Assembly: GCA_040357565.1 (NCBI GenBank)
Contig: JBDODJ010000024.1
Length of the DNA stretch: 64,000 nucleotides
Reading direction: 5' to 3' (one strand)
From: Cercozoa sp. M6MM
Taxonomy: Eukaryota; Protista; Endomyxa: Ascetosporea
Made by a program: the position numbers and the translations under genes
Shown here: positions 49,001 through 64,000 of the stretch, in pieces
How positions within the stretch are numbered: the first letter of the stretch is position 1
Layout: every line of letters begins with the position of its first letter
Notes under the pieces: model-generated
The model's database searches: none
Seen by the model: only the letters and a program-made list of their open reading frames with translations
What the model was told of the DNA's origin: nothing

Positions 49001-49061
49001 CAGCCGCTGATGGTAAGCGAGAGGCGACAAGACAAACGACGAAACGACGGTGACAGTTTAT

Positions 49062-51639
49062 TTACAGGCCGTCCTCCAGACGGAAGAAGCGCGCCACCAA
49101 CTGCGCCGCAGCGTCAAAGACCATACACGCGTCGCCTGATTGCGCCTGTCAGAATCCATTGAGTCAAACTTCATCATCAACACAACAAGCGTGTGAAAGA
49201 GTGTACCGTGGTAGAAACTGGGTTGGCAGCCTGATCTCTGACCAGACCGATCCTTCTCGCCTGCGACAGGAAGCAGCCATGAAATAAGCGGTAAAAAAGA
49301 AAGGCAACGGGTACCAAATCCAACACGTGCTTGCACTTCACATGAGCGCGGTAGCACTCGGTGTTGTTTCTCCTGCCAAACAGAAGAACACACGCTGCAC
49401 TCTCAGGCCAAACGTGAGAAGGAGAGGAAAGTACAGCCAGTTGCCAACGATGCTGCCGATGCGCGTTTGTGGCACGGCGTTCTTTATGTCACCGCTGGCA
49501 GCGTCATCGATGCGCGCGCCGTTTCGTGTCCTGGCAGCAAGGACGCACAAATTAGTACCGATATCTAAGGAGGAGAGTCAAATACACACAGGTAGGAAGG
49601 TGGGTACATGGCAACAAGCAGCGCCTGCAATGCGAGTTTCTGCGTGGTCACGTGCAGTCGATCCAGCACGGTGCTGTTCATAGCAGGCGACATCAGCAGC
49701 GATATTCTGTCACACATACACATAGTGCATAGCACATTGCACATGTGTATGATTATTAACACAAGCGCTATGTGATTAAGTCTATGTGTTTGTTACCTCA
49801 AGTACAGCGCAAGTCGACGCATCGGTGTGAAGACAGCAGCGTATTTCATTTGCTGCGGCGTCTCTCGTTCAATCACCCTCTGCACACTCATGCCTTTAAA
49901 TCAAGACCCCAACTACGTGGTCTCGCAACAGTGAGGATACCATGCTTGCGAGCGACCGCACGGCTCGCAACACCTCGTCCTCTTGCAATTGTACCTGTGC
50001 GTAAGGAAGAATCATCACACAATGCGTAAGGGGATTGTGTGTGACGATATACAGTTGGTGGCATTCGTTTGCTGACTCGGATCACATCAGCCACGCGTGC
50101 TGGCTTGCCGCTGACTCGTTCGAGTGCGTCGGCCAGTAGCATCGTTGTGCGCACGGCGGCCAGTTCGCCGCTGCTGCACTGTCGCAGTCTGCGCACTAGC
50201 GCATCCGTCAATGTGTCTTCCTGAGTACACATACACATACACATATGCACAACCCACAACGTACAAGCGCACACACACAACGCAGTCTACCTGATCATCG
50301 TCGAGTCCTAGCATCGAAGCAGTAAAGGTGGAGGCAGGTGCTGCGGTGGCATTGTCTCGCGGTGTTTTGGTGCCCGTGCTCGCAGTTTCCATCGCTGCTT
50401 TTCGCGGCAGCGGAAAGTGAGCACTTTCACCTTTACTGCTGCCAACACTGCTGGACGAAAACAGAGAACCCAACGGGTGCGAAGTCGCCTCCATGTGGTA
50501 CAAACTGTCAGTGCGCATCGCAGGAATTTTAAAGTCCGGGAATACTCCCGACGTAGTACGCTCCTGCTGAGGCAGAACTGGAGGAGACACGGCAGATAAC
50601 ATGCCAAGAACAGAGTCCAGTGCCACACTTGGCACCGGCAAGTTCATACTCTCCCTGCGCAGACATCACATCGAAGCAGACAGGCACGCATGATGGGGAA
50701 GAGGGAAGAATAGTACCCAGATGTGACAACAGCGACACAACGTGTGTTTGGCAAGGCTGCTACCTGTCCCAGCGTGTATTGCATCTGCTGCAGCGTATGC
50801 GATGATGCTGCAAGCACCAGCACTCGGTTTCCTGTCCACACGGGGAATCGTACACGTGTGTCACAATTCAAATGGACACAGCACAGGAAGCTTACTGTCA
50901 GGAGACGGGTGAAGAAAGGACATGGCTTCCGTTGCGAGTGCCGCGCTGAGTGAATCAGAAGGCACCACAGCGACTGCACCACACACTCACACATAACCCC
51001 AGTCGCCCACATAAGCACATCAAGTGCAAGTGCTGCATAGAATAGGCACCCGCGCTGTATTGCAATTGACTGGGCATTGGCATCGACACTGCTTCGCTCG
51101 GTGTCTGCGAACGTAACGCACATGCATCACAAGCATACACATTTTGAGCATACCAGGTAGAACGGCGTTGCCACTTGCAACGAGGACATCCAATCTACAC
51201 TTGCAAAAACACGATTACACATCACAACTGATCTTTGGAGAAACGCACCTCCAGAGCTGCTGCCTTCAGCTTCCGTTTCCGAGAAGACAAACCTTCTGCC
51301 ACATGAGTGCACGAATTCAATGCCCACGCACGTGAACAATTGCTCTTGTACCTGAGAAATTCGCGGTCTTTGAGAAGACTGCGTATTGACACGAAATCAC
51401 TCGCATCTTCGGCGTTGATACGGTGCTCCCAAAGTAGTTTTAGCGTCCAGGACATCTACAATACCAATCGGTCCAGTCGGACGCAACGAATCAGATGCCT
51501 TGTTTTGCGTGAAAGGCACCCAGCCCAGACAGATAAGCCAGAAACAAGAAAAAAGTATTAACACGCTCCTGCACACCCCCAAGGGCCAAACTTGGAATAC
51601 TGGGAAACTATAGCACAGCAGTGTTTTTCGATCAATCAT
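49062..51639 (-). CDS. Multi-exon hypothetical protein; C-terminus weakly resembles a degenerate DH (RhoGEF) domain
   Basis: Consistent GT-AG exons. ERDAAANEIRCCLHTD, RIGSIVGNWLRNNTECY and AAAQLVARFFRL loosely follow DH conserved regions. Confidence 0.45.
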
Positions 51640-51819
51640 CTTCCATGACAAAAACGGGCATTTTCAACGGACGTCGCTGGTGTTGTAATACCTCTCAAAA
51701 GGCCCACGGTGATAGGCACTACAGTCGTTCGATGGAACGAAGTCCAAACGATTTTGAGCGGCAGCCTGCATGCGGAACCAACGGCGCAGTTTCAACGGAA
51801 CCGGGCCTGACTTTTCCGT

Positions 51820-54338
51820 CAGAGCGTCTGCCGGCTTCGTATGGCCCCCAGGAGTTTGTGACTCCCTCTCGGCTGTATAATCATCGATTTTGAAGAACCT
51901 TAGCACGTAGTGCTCACCGACCGTGCCGCTTTAGTTTTCCTGTATCTGAAGGTCGATGACAACCTCGATCTGCCGCTGAAATATCGACAGCCGTTTGCTA
52001 TTTTCAAGGATAACACACGACAAGCTAGGGAAAACCAAAAAGTAGATGCTATCGATAGCGCAACAATACAGATGGGTGAGGACAAGACGAGAGTTGTCCT
52101 GTGCTTGCATTTTTGTCGCGTACATATGAACAATCATGCGTCGGATCTGCTTGCGCTCCATGGACTTTAGTTTCATGCAGCCAATGTCCAACAGCTGCAC
52201 AGTTGGCAAAGTGAGAAAACTGTAGAAAAAGGTAAAGCATCTACCGGCAATAGCGCAAGAAGCTCTTTCTTGGCAAAGCCATCCGTAGCACCTCGCGGCA
52301 GGTCACTCTGGCAGTAGCGGTGCAAGTGCTGCAGCACCATGCAGAGCAGATCAGCTGAGTGCAAGTTGCGACGGTAGAGGGCGGTGACAATGTTCGCAAT
52401 GTCGACGAGTGTGCACATCGGCTCTTCCATAGCACGCACCTTTTGTATGATCAGCTGCACGAACGCAGCCGTCACAGGCACTGCGTAGATCACTTCGCTC
52501 AAGCACTTGCCACTCGGAGCGAACTGAACGAGTGTCTTCGCAAACTCGGGACCGAAGCACCGCGAGTCCGTCCAACCATGTGCTGAAATAACCACTGATA
52601 ATGAAAGGATAAAAAAGATTTTTAACTAAATTACATTAAACTTCAGACCAAATAAAGCAGTCTACCGTTCGTTTGTTCCAGGGTGCTGAGGAAGCACGCT
52701 TGAGCAGAGTACCGCGTTGAGCGGCTACACAGTCGAAGTGACGGCAGAGAGCGAGGTGCAAACGTGATCTCTTCGACGTTGTTGAGAAGCACCGCAGACG
52801 GCAGGAAGACGAAGTTGCGCTGCTCTTGTCGTAGTTCGGCGACCTCACGCAAAACCAGTAATGCCTGTTCAGTGTTGGGTATTCAAAAAAAAAAGAGGGT
52901 TAAACGACGGTGCTTCGTAGTACCTTTTTCCAGTACGAAGCGCCAAGAATCCTTTTTAGAACGTCGCGTAGGACAGTCGACAAGGCACATCACCTGGTAC
53001 ATCCACGACAGATGCGCGGTGAGTCGCAGCTGTCCGGTTTTGCCAATCGGTTGATCTGTGAGAAAATCGATTGAAACAGCAGCACAGTCAAATAACAGAA
53101 TAAACGTACAGGCATCAATCATTGAGAGAAGGGCTAAACTGCCCAAATCTCTGTCGAACTTCTTGTCGGTGCTTGCTGCGTCGAACAACAGATCGAACAG
53201 ACCATCTGCAATGTGAGACACGACTGGCAAGGACAACACAACTTGGTGCCGCTTCACGGCCTTGCACAGCAACGATGCAAGAGAATGCGATGCTATCTCG
53301 CCGGACTTGTATCGCATCAGCAAGCGACGCGCATGCATATGGAGCTTGAGGTGTTCGAGATCCGACACAGCCACAGGTGGTGTCGTAGTCACTGTCGCCG
53401 CGGAAGGCAGGTCTGAAGAATGATGAGTGTCTTCTGCCTCATGGCGTGCCGTTGAAATGCTCGAAGTTACGCCGCCTTGTCCAGGGGCTTTCAGTTGAGG
53501 CGTGGCTTTCAGTAGATTCGTCGGCCCGCTCGCAATCACTGCCCGAGGCGTGGCTTCTGGTCGGCGCGACACGGTTGTAGCGTTGGCAAGCTCTCCTCCG
53601 CTCGCAGCACTCGTGTCCTCCTTTCGGATACTCGAAGAAACTAGACGAAACTCTTGCTCGTCCTTGGACCACATCAGATCGCCAAACTTGAAGATTTTGG
53701 TTTTTAGATTGATGTCGATCATTTTTTGGGAGCCTTCGAGGTGCTGCGCTCTCACACATCCCTTTCTCTTGGATGCGCCCGTTACTTTGACTTTCTTCCA
53801 GCCTGAACACAGAAAACAGCCAAGTACTCACGCATACACAGACGCCCTCTCGCTTCCTCTCCTTCTCTCGTCGTGCCTCAATTTACCTTTTTCGCAGGTG
53901 ATCGATATCTCCTTGCCGTGGAGAAACTCAACAAGTTGACACGGAGTGTATCGCTGGCCTGGCTTTAGCTCCATGGTTGCGTTGAGCGGCGTGTCAAAGA
54001 GTTGCCTGTCAGTTTAAAGCGAACAAACATCAGCATCGTGCACACACTCCTCAACCAAAAGGAAAACAACAAAGTTGAAGTCAAAAGCCGATCTGGCTCG
54101 ACCTGGAGCCGTAAATTTAGAGCATAATATGTACTTGATGGTGTTTCCCATTTACTGAGTCGGGTTTTCACCCGTCCACGTTGGCTTTTGAGGACTTCTT
54201 AGTGAGATATCGTTCTTACAAATTCAATATCTTAGGTTCCTTCGTCTGGGTTCGGACTTTCACCGACAGCGGTTCCGTTAGTGAATTCAGTTCGGGCTTG
54301 AAAGCATCCTTGCTGGCCAGTCTAAGAATTCTATCCAT
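51820..54338 (-). CDS. Multi-exon hypothetical protein with possible C-terminal MIF4G-like HEAT region
   Basis: Long open exons (52883-53755, 52173-52595). IANIVTALYRRNL...LLCMVLQHL and KRLSIFQRQIEVVIDLQ echo MIF4G helices. Confidence 0.5.
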
Positions 54339-54486
54339 TAATAAAACTACTTAGCGTAGATGCCGGGCAATCACCCACTAAAGCACAAACAAGTGGCACA
54401 CTTGTCAGAACGGACGCGGCTAGTCAATATCGTCGTTGGCTGTCGAAGTGAGTGAGAAACCACACACCATTTCAGGTTTCATAAGG

Positions 54487-55754
54487 TTAGTGAAGAATCG
54501 CGGCAGCAGCGGCAGCGACGGCCAAGGCACCAGAAGTGACGACTGATGCGGCAGAGGATGCCTTCTCGCCGTCAGCTGAACAGCCGGCGTTGCTGCCCTT
54601 CTTCCTGCGCACGTTGAATCAAGCATGCCTTTGACCACACACATGTAGCAGGAGTAATCTACCAGCATTTGGCGACGGCGGCAACAGTCTCGTCCAGCGA
54701 GCCCTCTTCTGCCGTCAGCACAAGCTCGCCGATGGCCTTTTTGTGCGCCTTGACATCGCCAGAACCCGCCGCCTCAAGTCGAAGCACCTTCTCGTGCACC
54801 GTCGACGAGTGCATAAGCGTCGTCGAAAGTCCACCGAACTGCTCTTTGAGTTCCGTGAAGCTGTAGGTGCCGACGCTTTCGTCCTACATTGGGCCACTGT
54901 GCAAGGTGTCGCGGGGACACAACAATGATGTTACCTCACTCGTGATGCCTTCGACGTAAGCAGGCAGTTTCCACTGCGTTACAAGACCTGCAAAACGCAA
55001 TGCCTTGACTTTCGATCCCTGCGAGAAAAAAATCAGTAGCAAAACTATAGTTCGTATGAGAAAAGACGCAGATACCTGAGCTCCCAGGTCGTCGACAAAG
55101 GCGCCTTGCTTCTCGGCCGGAATGTCGGACATCGCACTGAGTGCAGGCTGGTGCAGCTTCGGCAGGTGTCTGAGGAAGTCCGTCATCTCGGGCGTGTTCA
55201 GGTGCTTGTGCGTGAGCACCTTGTCGACCATGGCGCGATCCAGCGGACTAATGTCGCGGGCCGCCGTGCGCGCGTTTTTGGTGCACGAATCACTCTCAGA
55301 TTCCTTCTTGCTCGCGTCCTCAAAGTGCTGCGCCGACCACTTCTGGTATGACGAAAGTCCAGCATCGAACGGGCAGCCTAAGGTAAGCAAACATCTCCAA
55401 CGGGGTATTGGTCACATCAATTCTAGGAAAGCACACTCTTTTCGGCAACTGCGAGAGCCACAAGAGACGCAATCACTAACTTCATGTTCTATTTCTCCTA
55501 TGTCGCTTGTGTCTTCTTTGGTTTTCTGCGAAAACATCAACAAATACTGTGCTTTTATTAGACGGACTGGCGGCTCAAAATCCCCAAAGTGCGAAGGCAC
55601 TTGAGCCAAACACACGGCAAAACTCGGAAATCCCACCAAAAGCACAAAGCAAGCAAAACTAACAAATTGGCACCCTAGACTCGTTGCCTGAAGGCAATGA
55701 GCGAAACCAAACTAATTTTTAGAGCATAAGACTCCTTCGGGCGACCCGAGACAT
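54487..55754 (-). CDS. Putative GPI-anchored surface protein
   Basis: Hydrophobic N-terminus FVSFACFVLLVGFPSFAVCLA and a spliced C-terminus ...GEKASSAASVVTSGALAVAAAAAAILH* typical of a GPI signal; start codon tentative. Confidence 0.6.
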
Positions 55755-56737
55755 CTCAAAGCCCCCCAACCAAAAGCCCCCAAAATGCCATACCTTCGCT
55801 GTGGGCACTCGCGCGAGTGCTGTACTCTCTTCTTCTTGCTACGCGAAACTGAAAAGCTTCTGTTGAGAGCGTCGCAGTAGTCGAAAGTCCAATCCTCCGT
55901 GCGAGAGCACTCACACCTCACGCTTGCGCAGGGTGTGCATGCGTTCGGACTTTTTCGAGTCCAACAATTCCCCAAACTGACTGACTCATACTCGGTGCGT
56001 GGATCATGGCGGACGGGTTTCTCGACCCAAATCACTCACCTTTGCGACTCGCTACGTCGCGTTCGCTGCACTAACTAGGAGTTCATGGCCCGACCACGTG
56101 TATGTAACTTATTGTACAGTAAGTTATTTATCGATATACGTTTTCATTCCTCAGGTTGCGCATTGCGCTGAACTCAACAACCAACGCGCGTTAGCCTACC
56201 GAGAGGCGGCGAACCTGACAGGAGTTCGAGTTGCTACGTGTTACAGCATGATCTAAATTACTGTATCCGCGCGGAAGCCACTTTAACACTTTGATGCGTG
56301 TTTCACTGGTATCCTGACCTACCGAGAGCTTCAGTCCAGACTGTGGAACCTGTGTTTGAGTAAGGAAGCCTGGAGCAAGCTTTTGCAGCTGAACTCAAAA
56401 AAGGGCTCTCTCTCGACCAGGTAATCTGATCCCTCCAGGACCAGTTGCCTCTGCTTCTACCCGTCCTCTGCCTTTCCAGAGGCTTTTTCTTCTTTCTTCT
56501 TTCCTCTTCTTTATTTCACGCCGACTCACGTCAATAACAACATCTGACGGGTGTCTTTCCCGTCTTGGGGCTTTTCACTCTTTCATACTCGACTGACACT
56601 TGGCCATTCTCCCTCCAAAACAGACAACCAAAAACTGAAAAACGACGCGATCAAATCGATACCAGACGAGCGGAGGCATGCGATGCATATTGTACGAATA
56701 ACGTAAGTAGGTACGCTGGTCAACCAGAACGTTCGGT

Positions 56738-56973
56738 TCAGTTATCGATTCGATTGTTACGTTGGGCCACGACAAAGACGGCGACGGCACCGCCCAAAAC
56801 ACCGCCGTGTCCGGCACAAACGACGCGCCTCCGACCGAGACTGCACGTGCAGGTCCAGTAACATTGGGGCACATTGACCGACCCATCGAGAAAGCAAACA
56901 GCTATACTTGAGTACGGCAAGGCTTCCACAGGCTGCCGGAATGTTCTCCAACTGCAGGTAAAGGATAAAAGGA

Positions 56974-57023
<50 letters not shown>

Positions 57024-57123
57024 NNNNNNNNNNNNNNNNNNNNNNNNNNNNNNNNNNNNNNNNNNNNNNNNNNNNNNNNNNNNNNNNNNNNNNNNNNNNN
57101 NNNNNNNNNNNNNNNNNNNNNNN

Positions 57124-57167
<44 letters not shown>

Positions 57168-57856
57168 ACACAGGCACACACACGCGCCTGCTTATATAGT
57201 GCAAACAACGCAAGAAGACAAACCTCATAAGTGATCGGTCGCCGGTAGCCAATGTGAGCGAACTCGATCTGCCAGTCGTCGTTGTCGCTGCTGACGTTGC
57301 CGCTGCCAGTCACGCTGCTCGTGTCGTCCGGGGTCTCCTCGTGCGTGTCGTACGGGTCACTGGTGGTCACCACTGGGTGACTCCACTGCTGCGACTGTCC
57401 GGACTGATCCTGTTGCTGACTCCTCTGATCCTGTTGCTGCTGCGCTGTCTCTGGAGATGACTCGACCGACCCCCTGGCAAATCTGAGCACACAGAATACT
57501 ACATGCACAGACACTGACGCCTACGCATGTGTGTGCATGCGGTACGAGCGTGCCAGCAAAATAAGCGCCATGCCGCTAAGTAGCACGAGCACTAGGTTTC
57601 GCCATGAGTGTCCTCGTGCACTGCTTTCGATTCCTGCATAACTCGTATTCGGTCGGTCGCGAGCAGACATAGCTCGGTGAGGCAGAACAACTGTACTCTC
57701 GCGCTCGTAACTTCGTTCCCGTTGTTGTTCGACATCGTCACTCTGACAAACATGGCAGCTCGCTCCAGGCCAATGAGTGTGGTCACAACTTACAAACTCG
57801 TCGAGTTCGTCCTCGTCATACAGGAGACCCTGCAGTTCCTGTGATGTCTCTGACAT
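56738..57856 (-). CDS. Hypothetical type II membrane protein; 3' end uncertain
   Basis: Acidic N-terminus MSETSQELQGLLYDEDELDEF, single TM LVLVLLSGMALILLA and a Q/S-rich stalk. Confidence 0.5.
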
Positions 57857-58392
57857 AGGCTAACGCCGGCAACGAGTGTGCCTAGTCAAATGTCTGGGCT
57901 GCGCACACACCAGGTCACCACCACTCGATAGCGCTAAGCCCAGCGCAAGTGCCCGATCATTTTTAATTCAGGTTGAGCTTGACCACCGGCACCACCTCAG
58001 GATGAACATGCACTGTCCAGTGTCCGCTGTACGTTAGGGTAAAGAGTCGTGGGTCAGCTCTCAATGTGCAGTTTGACGCACAAAATGCGGGTTGCTGTAC
58101 CAACTGACGCAAAAAACAATCATGCGATAATATCATTCTTGGCAACAACATTCAGTTGATGGACTTCCTTTGATCCAGAATTGTCAAAGACCGAGCCGAA
58201 TTATCAAAAGCACGCTCTGAGGTTTGTAGCGCCTGAGCACCCACCGAGCGGTCTAAGATTATCGTTGGGACCATTTTGTGACGTATTACTACTCCACCAG
58301 GTTTGTGCTCTTTTGTCAATGTATATTCCCAGAGTGTATTGACAATAATTGTTTTTCAGTTGTTAGCAGCTAGTTGCGTTGCAGCATTCGAG

Positions 58393-59993
58393 ATGGGGCA
58401 AAGTTTCAGCTACGAAAAGTACAAGGTGCAGTGCAAGTGTGCGGTGGCCCGCATCACGCAGGTGAATAACAAGAAGCTAAACCTGAATAAGATCGAGCGG
58501 CGTGCGATCGCAGGCCTCCTTAAGGATGGCAAAGAGGACACGGCACTCATCCGAATTGAGGTAGGCGCGAAAGAGCTTTTGTAGGTGCTTGTTTGTCCGG
58601 TCAATGAGTTGACATGACGGCAGGGTGTCATTCGGACTGAGCGGCTGATCAAAGTACTTGAGGTCGTGCAGGTCATGTGTGAGGTATGCGGTTCCATATC
58701 TGTGCGGCACTCAGCATTCTCACTGCATGTGCTTGCACAGATGCTGATCCAGCGCGCTGGTTTAGTGCGTACGTCGAAAACACCGCCATCTGACATGGAG
58801 GAAGCCATGGCCACAATTATCTATGCGGTACGCTGTCAGCACAATCTAGTGTAAACAAGCACTCGTCTAAAACAGGCCCCACGAGTGGATGAAGTGCCCG
58901 AACTGCGCGAAATCGCCGTTCAGCTGCGCCTCAAGTACGCTATTCTCAACACAAGGTTGCATGCACATTTGTGATGACAATCTGGGGGGTGTAGGTTTGG
59001 CGACAAGTGGCTGCAAGCCATTCGGGAAAATCGCATGAATAACGTGCGGGCCGGTAAGTGGATTCGTTGCCAGTTAGTCTCGATGTTGCACCTTTTGCTG
59101 TTGCTGTTGTTGCAGATGTTGTTGAGTTCCTCGGCGTTACTCCTCCGGTGCGTTGCTAGCATGTGCATCTTGGTGGCTATCTTGATGGTTTGTGCTGCCC
59201 CGCAGAGAAGAGGCGTGGTTCTAGACACGCTGGCTGGTGTGTCGGGCGAGTTCAACTGCCACTGGAAGCGTCCGGTTCTGGACGAACTCGAGGACCTTGT
59301 ACCACTCGTATAACACTTGTATCGGTACGCCTCATTTCACTGTGGTTTTTGCCGCGAGTAGGAACAGGAACAGGAGCAGCAAGCCGAAGCAGAGGCAGAG
59401 GCGAATACGGACGCCGTTGAGCGAGAGCAAGAGGCCATCAAGCAGCAGGTGTCGTGTGTATAAGTTGTGTCTCTGGGATATGTGCAAAAGATTCGCACAA
59501 ATGTTGACAGGAATTCGAGGAGCAGCAGCGGATTCGCATGCAGTTGCAACAGCAGCAGCAGCAACTCGCACTTCAGCAGGAGGTAGCTCTCTAGCAGTGT
59601 GTTAGTGCTTGTGCATGTATACTCCCCTTGTCCACATGCGTAGCAACTCAACATGCTTCAAGACCAGCAGGTGCGACAACTGCAGGTATCAGGCGTTTAT
59701 CCGTCATCCGTTCGCGTGTGCTTGACCCTCCCGTGTGTACTTCAGCAAAAGCCGCCAGCAACGGCGCCGACCGCCCTGCCGGACGCACCGACTGGTGTCA
59801 ATCCCACGAACTCCAGCAGCGCCGTTGGCAACAGCGACAACAACGACCACGATGAGCCTCATGGTAGTAGCCACTATTTTTCACTCACCTGAAACAGAAG
59901 CATGCACTCTGGACGACACCTGTAGATGAAGATCTTGATGGTCCTGACTTTGACGACCTTGAGCGTCGCTTCCGCGACCTTCGTGACATGTAA
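58393..59993 (+). CDS. IST1: ESCRT-III-associated factor IST1
   Basis: RRAIAGLLKDGKEDTALIRIEGVIR, EEAMATIIYAAPRVDEVPELREI..LKFG and C-terminal MIM DFDDLERRFRDLR. Confidence 0.96.
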
Positions 59994-60337
59994 AAAGTGC
60001 ACGGCACTTCGTTTGTGGGGCACTTCCCACTGTGAAGCCTAGTTCCAAACCTCGCTCTAAACAAGTTCAATAAATGTAAACTTATAAACACTTTGAGCAT
60101 GTCTAATACCGCAGAGCGAGCAGCATGCAGTGAAAATTGTGATACCGATCAAACGACACTGTAAATCATGACGTGATACGCACGGCAGTCGAAGTTAATG
60201 TTCACGTCATATTATACATTTTTTGTTTGGTAAAATAAATCTATAGGCTTTAGTAGCGAGGAAAGACCGTCCGGTTGAATCGCTCTCGAGCACAAGCGAA
60301 GGGCGGACGAGGTCAAGAATGCATCATGCGAGTGCGG

Positions 60338-61374
<1,037 letters not shown>

Positions 61375-62103
61375 ACGACTAGGACAGAACTGAGCGCGAA
61401 AGACAGCACCGCAACCAATGGGCGCCAGTTTTCGCTAAAACACAAGCTTCGCAAAAGTGCTTTTCGATCAGAATCGTTTTTGCAAGCTCACGCCCTGCCA
61501 AATGCTCTGTTAAAACACCAGGCCGTCAATCTGCGCACACACGCTGCCAATTCGCTAGCTTCCTCGGCATCAGTGCCCGCAGGTAAATGAGAAAAACCCG
61601 AACTTCCGAATCTGGAGAGAAAAATACAAAAAAAAACGACCCAGCCCCACGACCAACCAAAAAGGAAACCCAGAAGAAAATAACGGCGCAAGATCCAGAG
61701 AAACGGCCGAGAGGTACCGGGTTGTGCTCGTTTTTACCAAAACACAACGCGCACGTGACGCACAAACAAGAGAGCACAAAAAGATACGGACAAAAAAGAG
61801 AGCCGCATGTCTCAACGGCTACTCAGGCATTCAAGCATACGTACCGAAACAACGTTTTCTCTTGGCACTGTAGACGATCTCGCTCAGCGTCGTAAGGCCA
61901 GGTGGCTCGAAAGGATCGAGATGTTACTATCGGCTCAGGATTTTTGATTCTCGGCTTCAAATCTGAACAACAACTGTGCCGTATCGATACTTTCACCAGT
62001 CCCGATAGGCAGAGAGGTTGTGCTCGTTACTTGTTGTTTAAATTGACTCCGATCCACGCCGCGCAGCACACGGAATTCTGTTGAAATAATTCGAGACGAC
62101 AGC

Positions 62104-62738
62104 ATGGTGAAAAAGCGGCCGAAGCCAGACTTTGTCCGGAAGCGCCGCAAGGTTGGCAAGAAGGCGCCACCTGCTGTACACATGGAACTATACCAGCGGC
62201 ATTGCATGCAATTGTTATCACGTGCGCTTTTGTGCGCTACAGGCATCAAATACGAAGACGTCGTTTTCGACGCGTCGCATCTTTGTCTCGGCACAGTCGG
62301 TCGGTGCAGCAGCACAGCAGGCGAAGAAAGAGGCGCTGCTTGCGACACAGCGGCGGCAGACTCTGAGTGAATTGCTGCGCAAGTACGGGCATCCGCGTCC
62401 AGGTGTCAGGTTGGAGGTGCGTGCGCTAACCACCCCCGAATACTCTTTTGTGTGATGCTTGTCGTGCACTTGACCCACTCAGGCCTTGCGTGGTCTGCGT
62501 GAAGTTCTGCAGCGTCAGGCGAAAGAAGCCGCCGAGGCAGAACTTCCTGTGTGTTTAACCGGTTTCACAAACACAGGTTGTAATATCCATTATGCGTATT
62601 TCCACAGGCGTTGTTGCGAACTGCGAGTGAGGGAGTGCGCGATTCCGACGGCAAGTGCCGCAACATGGCGTTGTTGTTGTGGGACGATTTACTCAGCGCT
62701 GTCAACGTGCGTGTCAGTGACTCATCGTACTTTGTGAC

Positions 62739-62811
<73 letters not shown>

Positions 62812-64000
62812 CGGCAGAAGCGACGAAGCCAATGCAGTTTTGGAGCCGTTTCTGCCACTGATCGCTGCTCATTTGGGCACGGGTTTGTCGCACGCGAGTG
62901 AGTCGGTGCCGCGCGATGCTTTGCGTGCGCTGGGCAAGCTGGTGTCCTGGGGCGACGGCACACTACTCTGGCGTGGCGAGAAGCGCCGCGTGCTGACACC
63001 GCTCATGACGCACGTCGCTGCCTGCTGCACGCGTTTTCAGGCGAGCTGTGGTGCTTTCCCTTGCTAGTACTTCTTGATGCTCATAACTTGACCCTATCGC
63101 TTTGGTACAGGTGCCGAATTTCTTTTCACGCATGCGTCGGAGAAGCCGTGGTACAGGTGGCCTTGCGAGGACGCTACTTCGCTGAGCACACCCGACAGAC
63201 GCATTGAGGAGGACGAAAGGCAAGAGCAACAGGAACAAGAAGAAGACGGCGATGATGGCGACGACGAGGTTTCGCCACCGCCACGGAAGCGACAGCGACG
63301 CATGTCGCACAGCACAAACTCCTCCTCAGCTTCGTCATCTGCATCTTCTTCTTTCTCGGCCAGCGCACGCAACAAAAAGAGCAAGAGCAAGCATGCCTCC
63401 GCACTCTTCGTGCCAGAGTTGCTTTTCATTCTGCGTCGTTTGGTGCGTGCTGCTCCCTTCGTCACGGGTCAAGAAACCTCGGTACTTCGGACCTTTTGTT
63501 TTCCCTACCTTTTACTTTTGTCCATGTAGGCCAACTCTACCGGCCGAGTAATCGGTCTGGCCGATATGAAGGACAACATGTGGCACAATCCGCGCTTCCA
63601 CACGACGATTCAGGTGCCCGAGCAGCCTGACATGGTGCAAAGTGCCCTTGCAGTTGCCTGCTTAAAATATTGGTGGATTCAATGGTTGTTTTGTGTCTGC
63701 TGTTGTAGCAATACTGCTACGTCAGGCAGCAGGCAGGAAGTGCGCATGTGCGCTCGTTGAACTCGTTGCTGTCGCAGCCGATCCGTCGCTCGCAGTGGGC
63801 GCGACGACTCAGCGTCACTGCCGCTGGTGGCAGTGCCACCGGCAGTGATAGCTACAACAGTCGCGCCGTCGATGAGGCCGCGCAGCACGACGAGTGGTCG
63901 CCGATCCGAGCCACTCTGCGCACGGTGCTGCGGGCGGTGCTCACGATGCTCGTGCAGATCCGGCCTCGTGAGGACGAGCTGCAGGAGTTGCTGCTCATGG
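62104..64000 (+). CDS. TEX10: Pre-rRNA processing protein TEX10/Ipi1, runs off the window
   Basis: PDFVRKRRKVGK..P..SNTKTSFSTRRIFVSAQS, TLSELLRKYGHPRPGVRLEALRGLRE and LEPFLPLIAAHLGTGLSH. Confidence 0.92.

Noticed and set aside
55760-56700. Possible additional minus-strand exons
   Set aside because: Exon-like charged segments exist, but no consistent reading frame could be assembled.

Overview
This is a gene-dense, intron-rich eukaryotic (protist-like) nuclear scaffold. It uses the standard genetic code, has short GT-AG introns often filled with microsatellites, and has N-gaps at many repeats. Most ORFs in the track are artefacts, so genes were rebuilt by hand-splicing and coordinates are gene spans. 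About 24 genes are supported, many in head-to-head pairs: SF3A3, TPX2-like, a secreted metallophosphoesterase, DeSI-PUL, an MJ1316/LENG9-like protein, an SK-type K+ channel almost invisible in the ORF track, mitochondrial SHMT, NBP35, a DHH/DHHA1 phosphoesterase, EMC10, a myristoylated EF-hand protein, MRPS5, an oxidosqualene cyclase, a candidate atypical homeodomain factor, an EGF membrane protein, an OLA1 relic, a GPI-type protein, IST1, a TOS-motif protein, TEX10/IPI1 and several unknowns. The most notable observations are: (1) a small dispersed repeat in three copies, one with a 14-bp target-site duplication and an (AACT)n tail, one abutting a TIR hairpin element; (2) an oxidosqualene cyclase with the Y/N/V lanosterol-synthase triad and DCTAH in place of DCTAE; (3) a PRAS40/4E-BP-like TOR-motif protein; (4) six successive (TACCCC)n introns in one gene. 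No database searches were run, and family calls come from recognised motifs.
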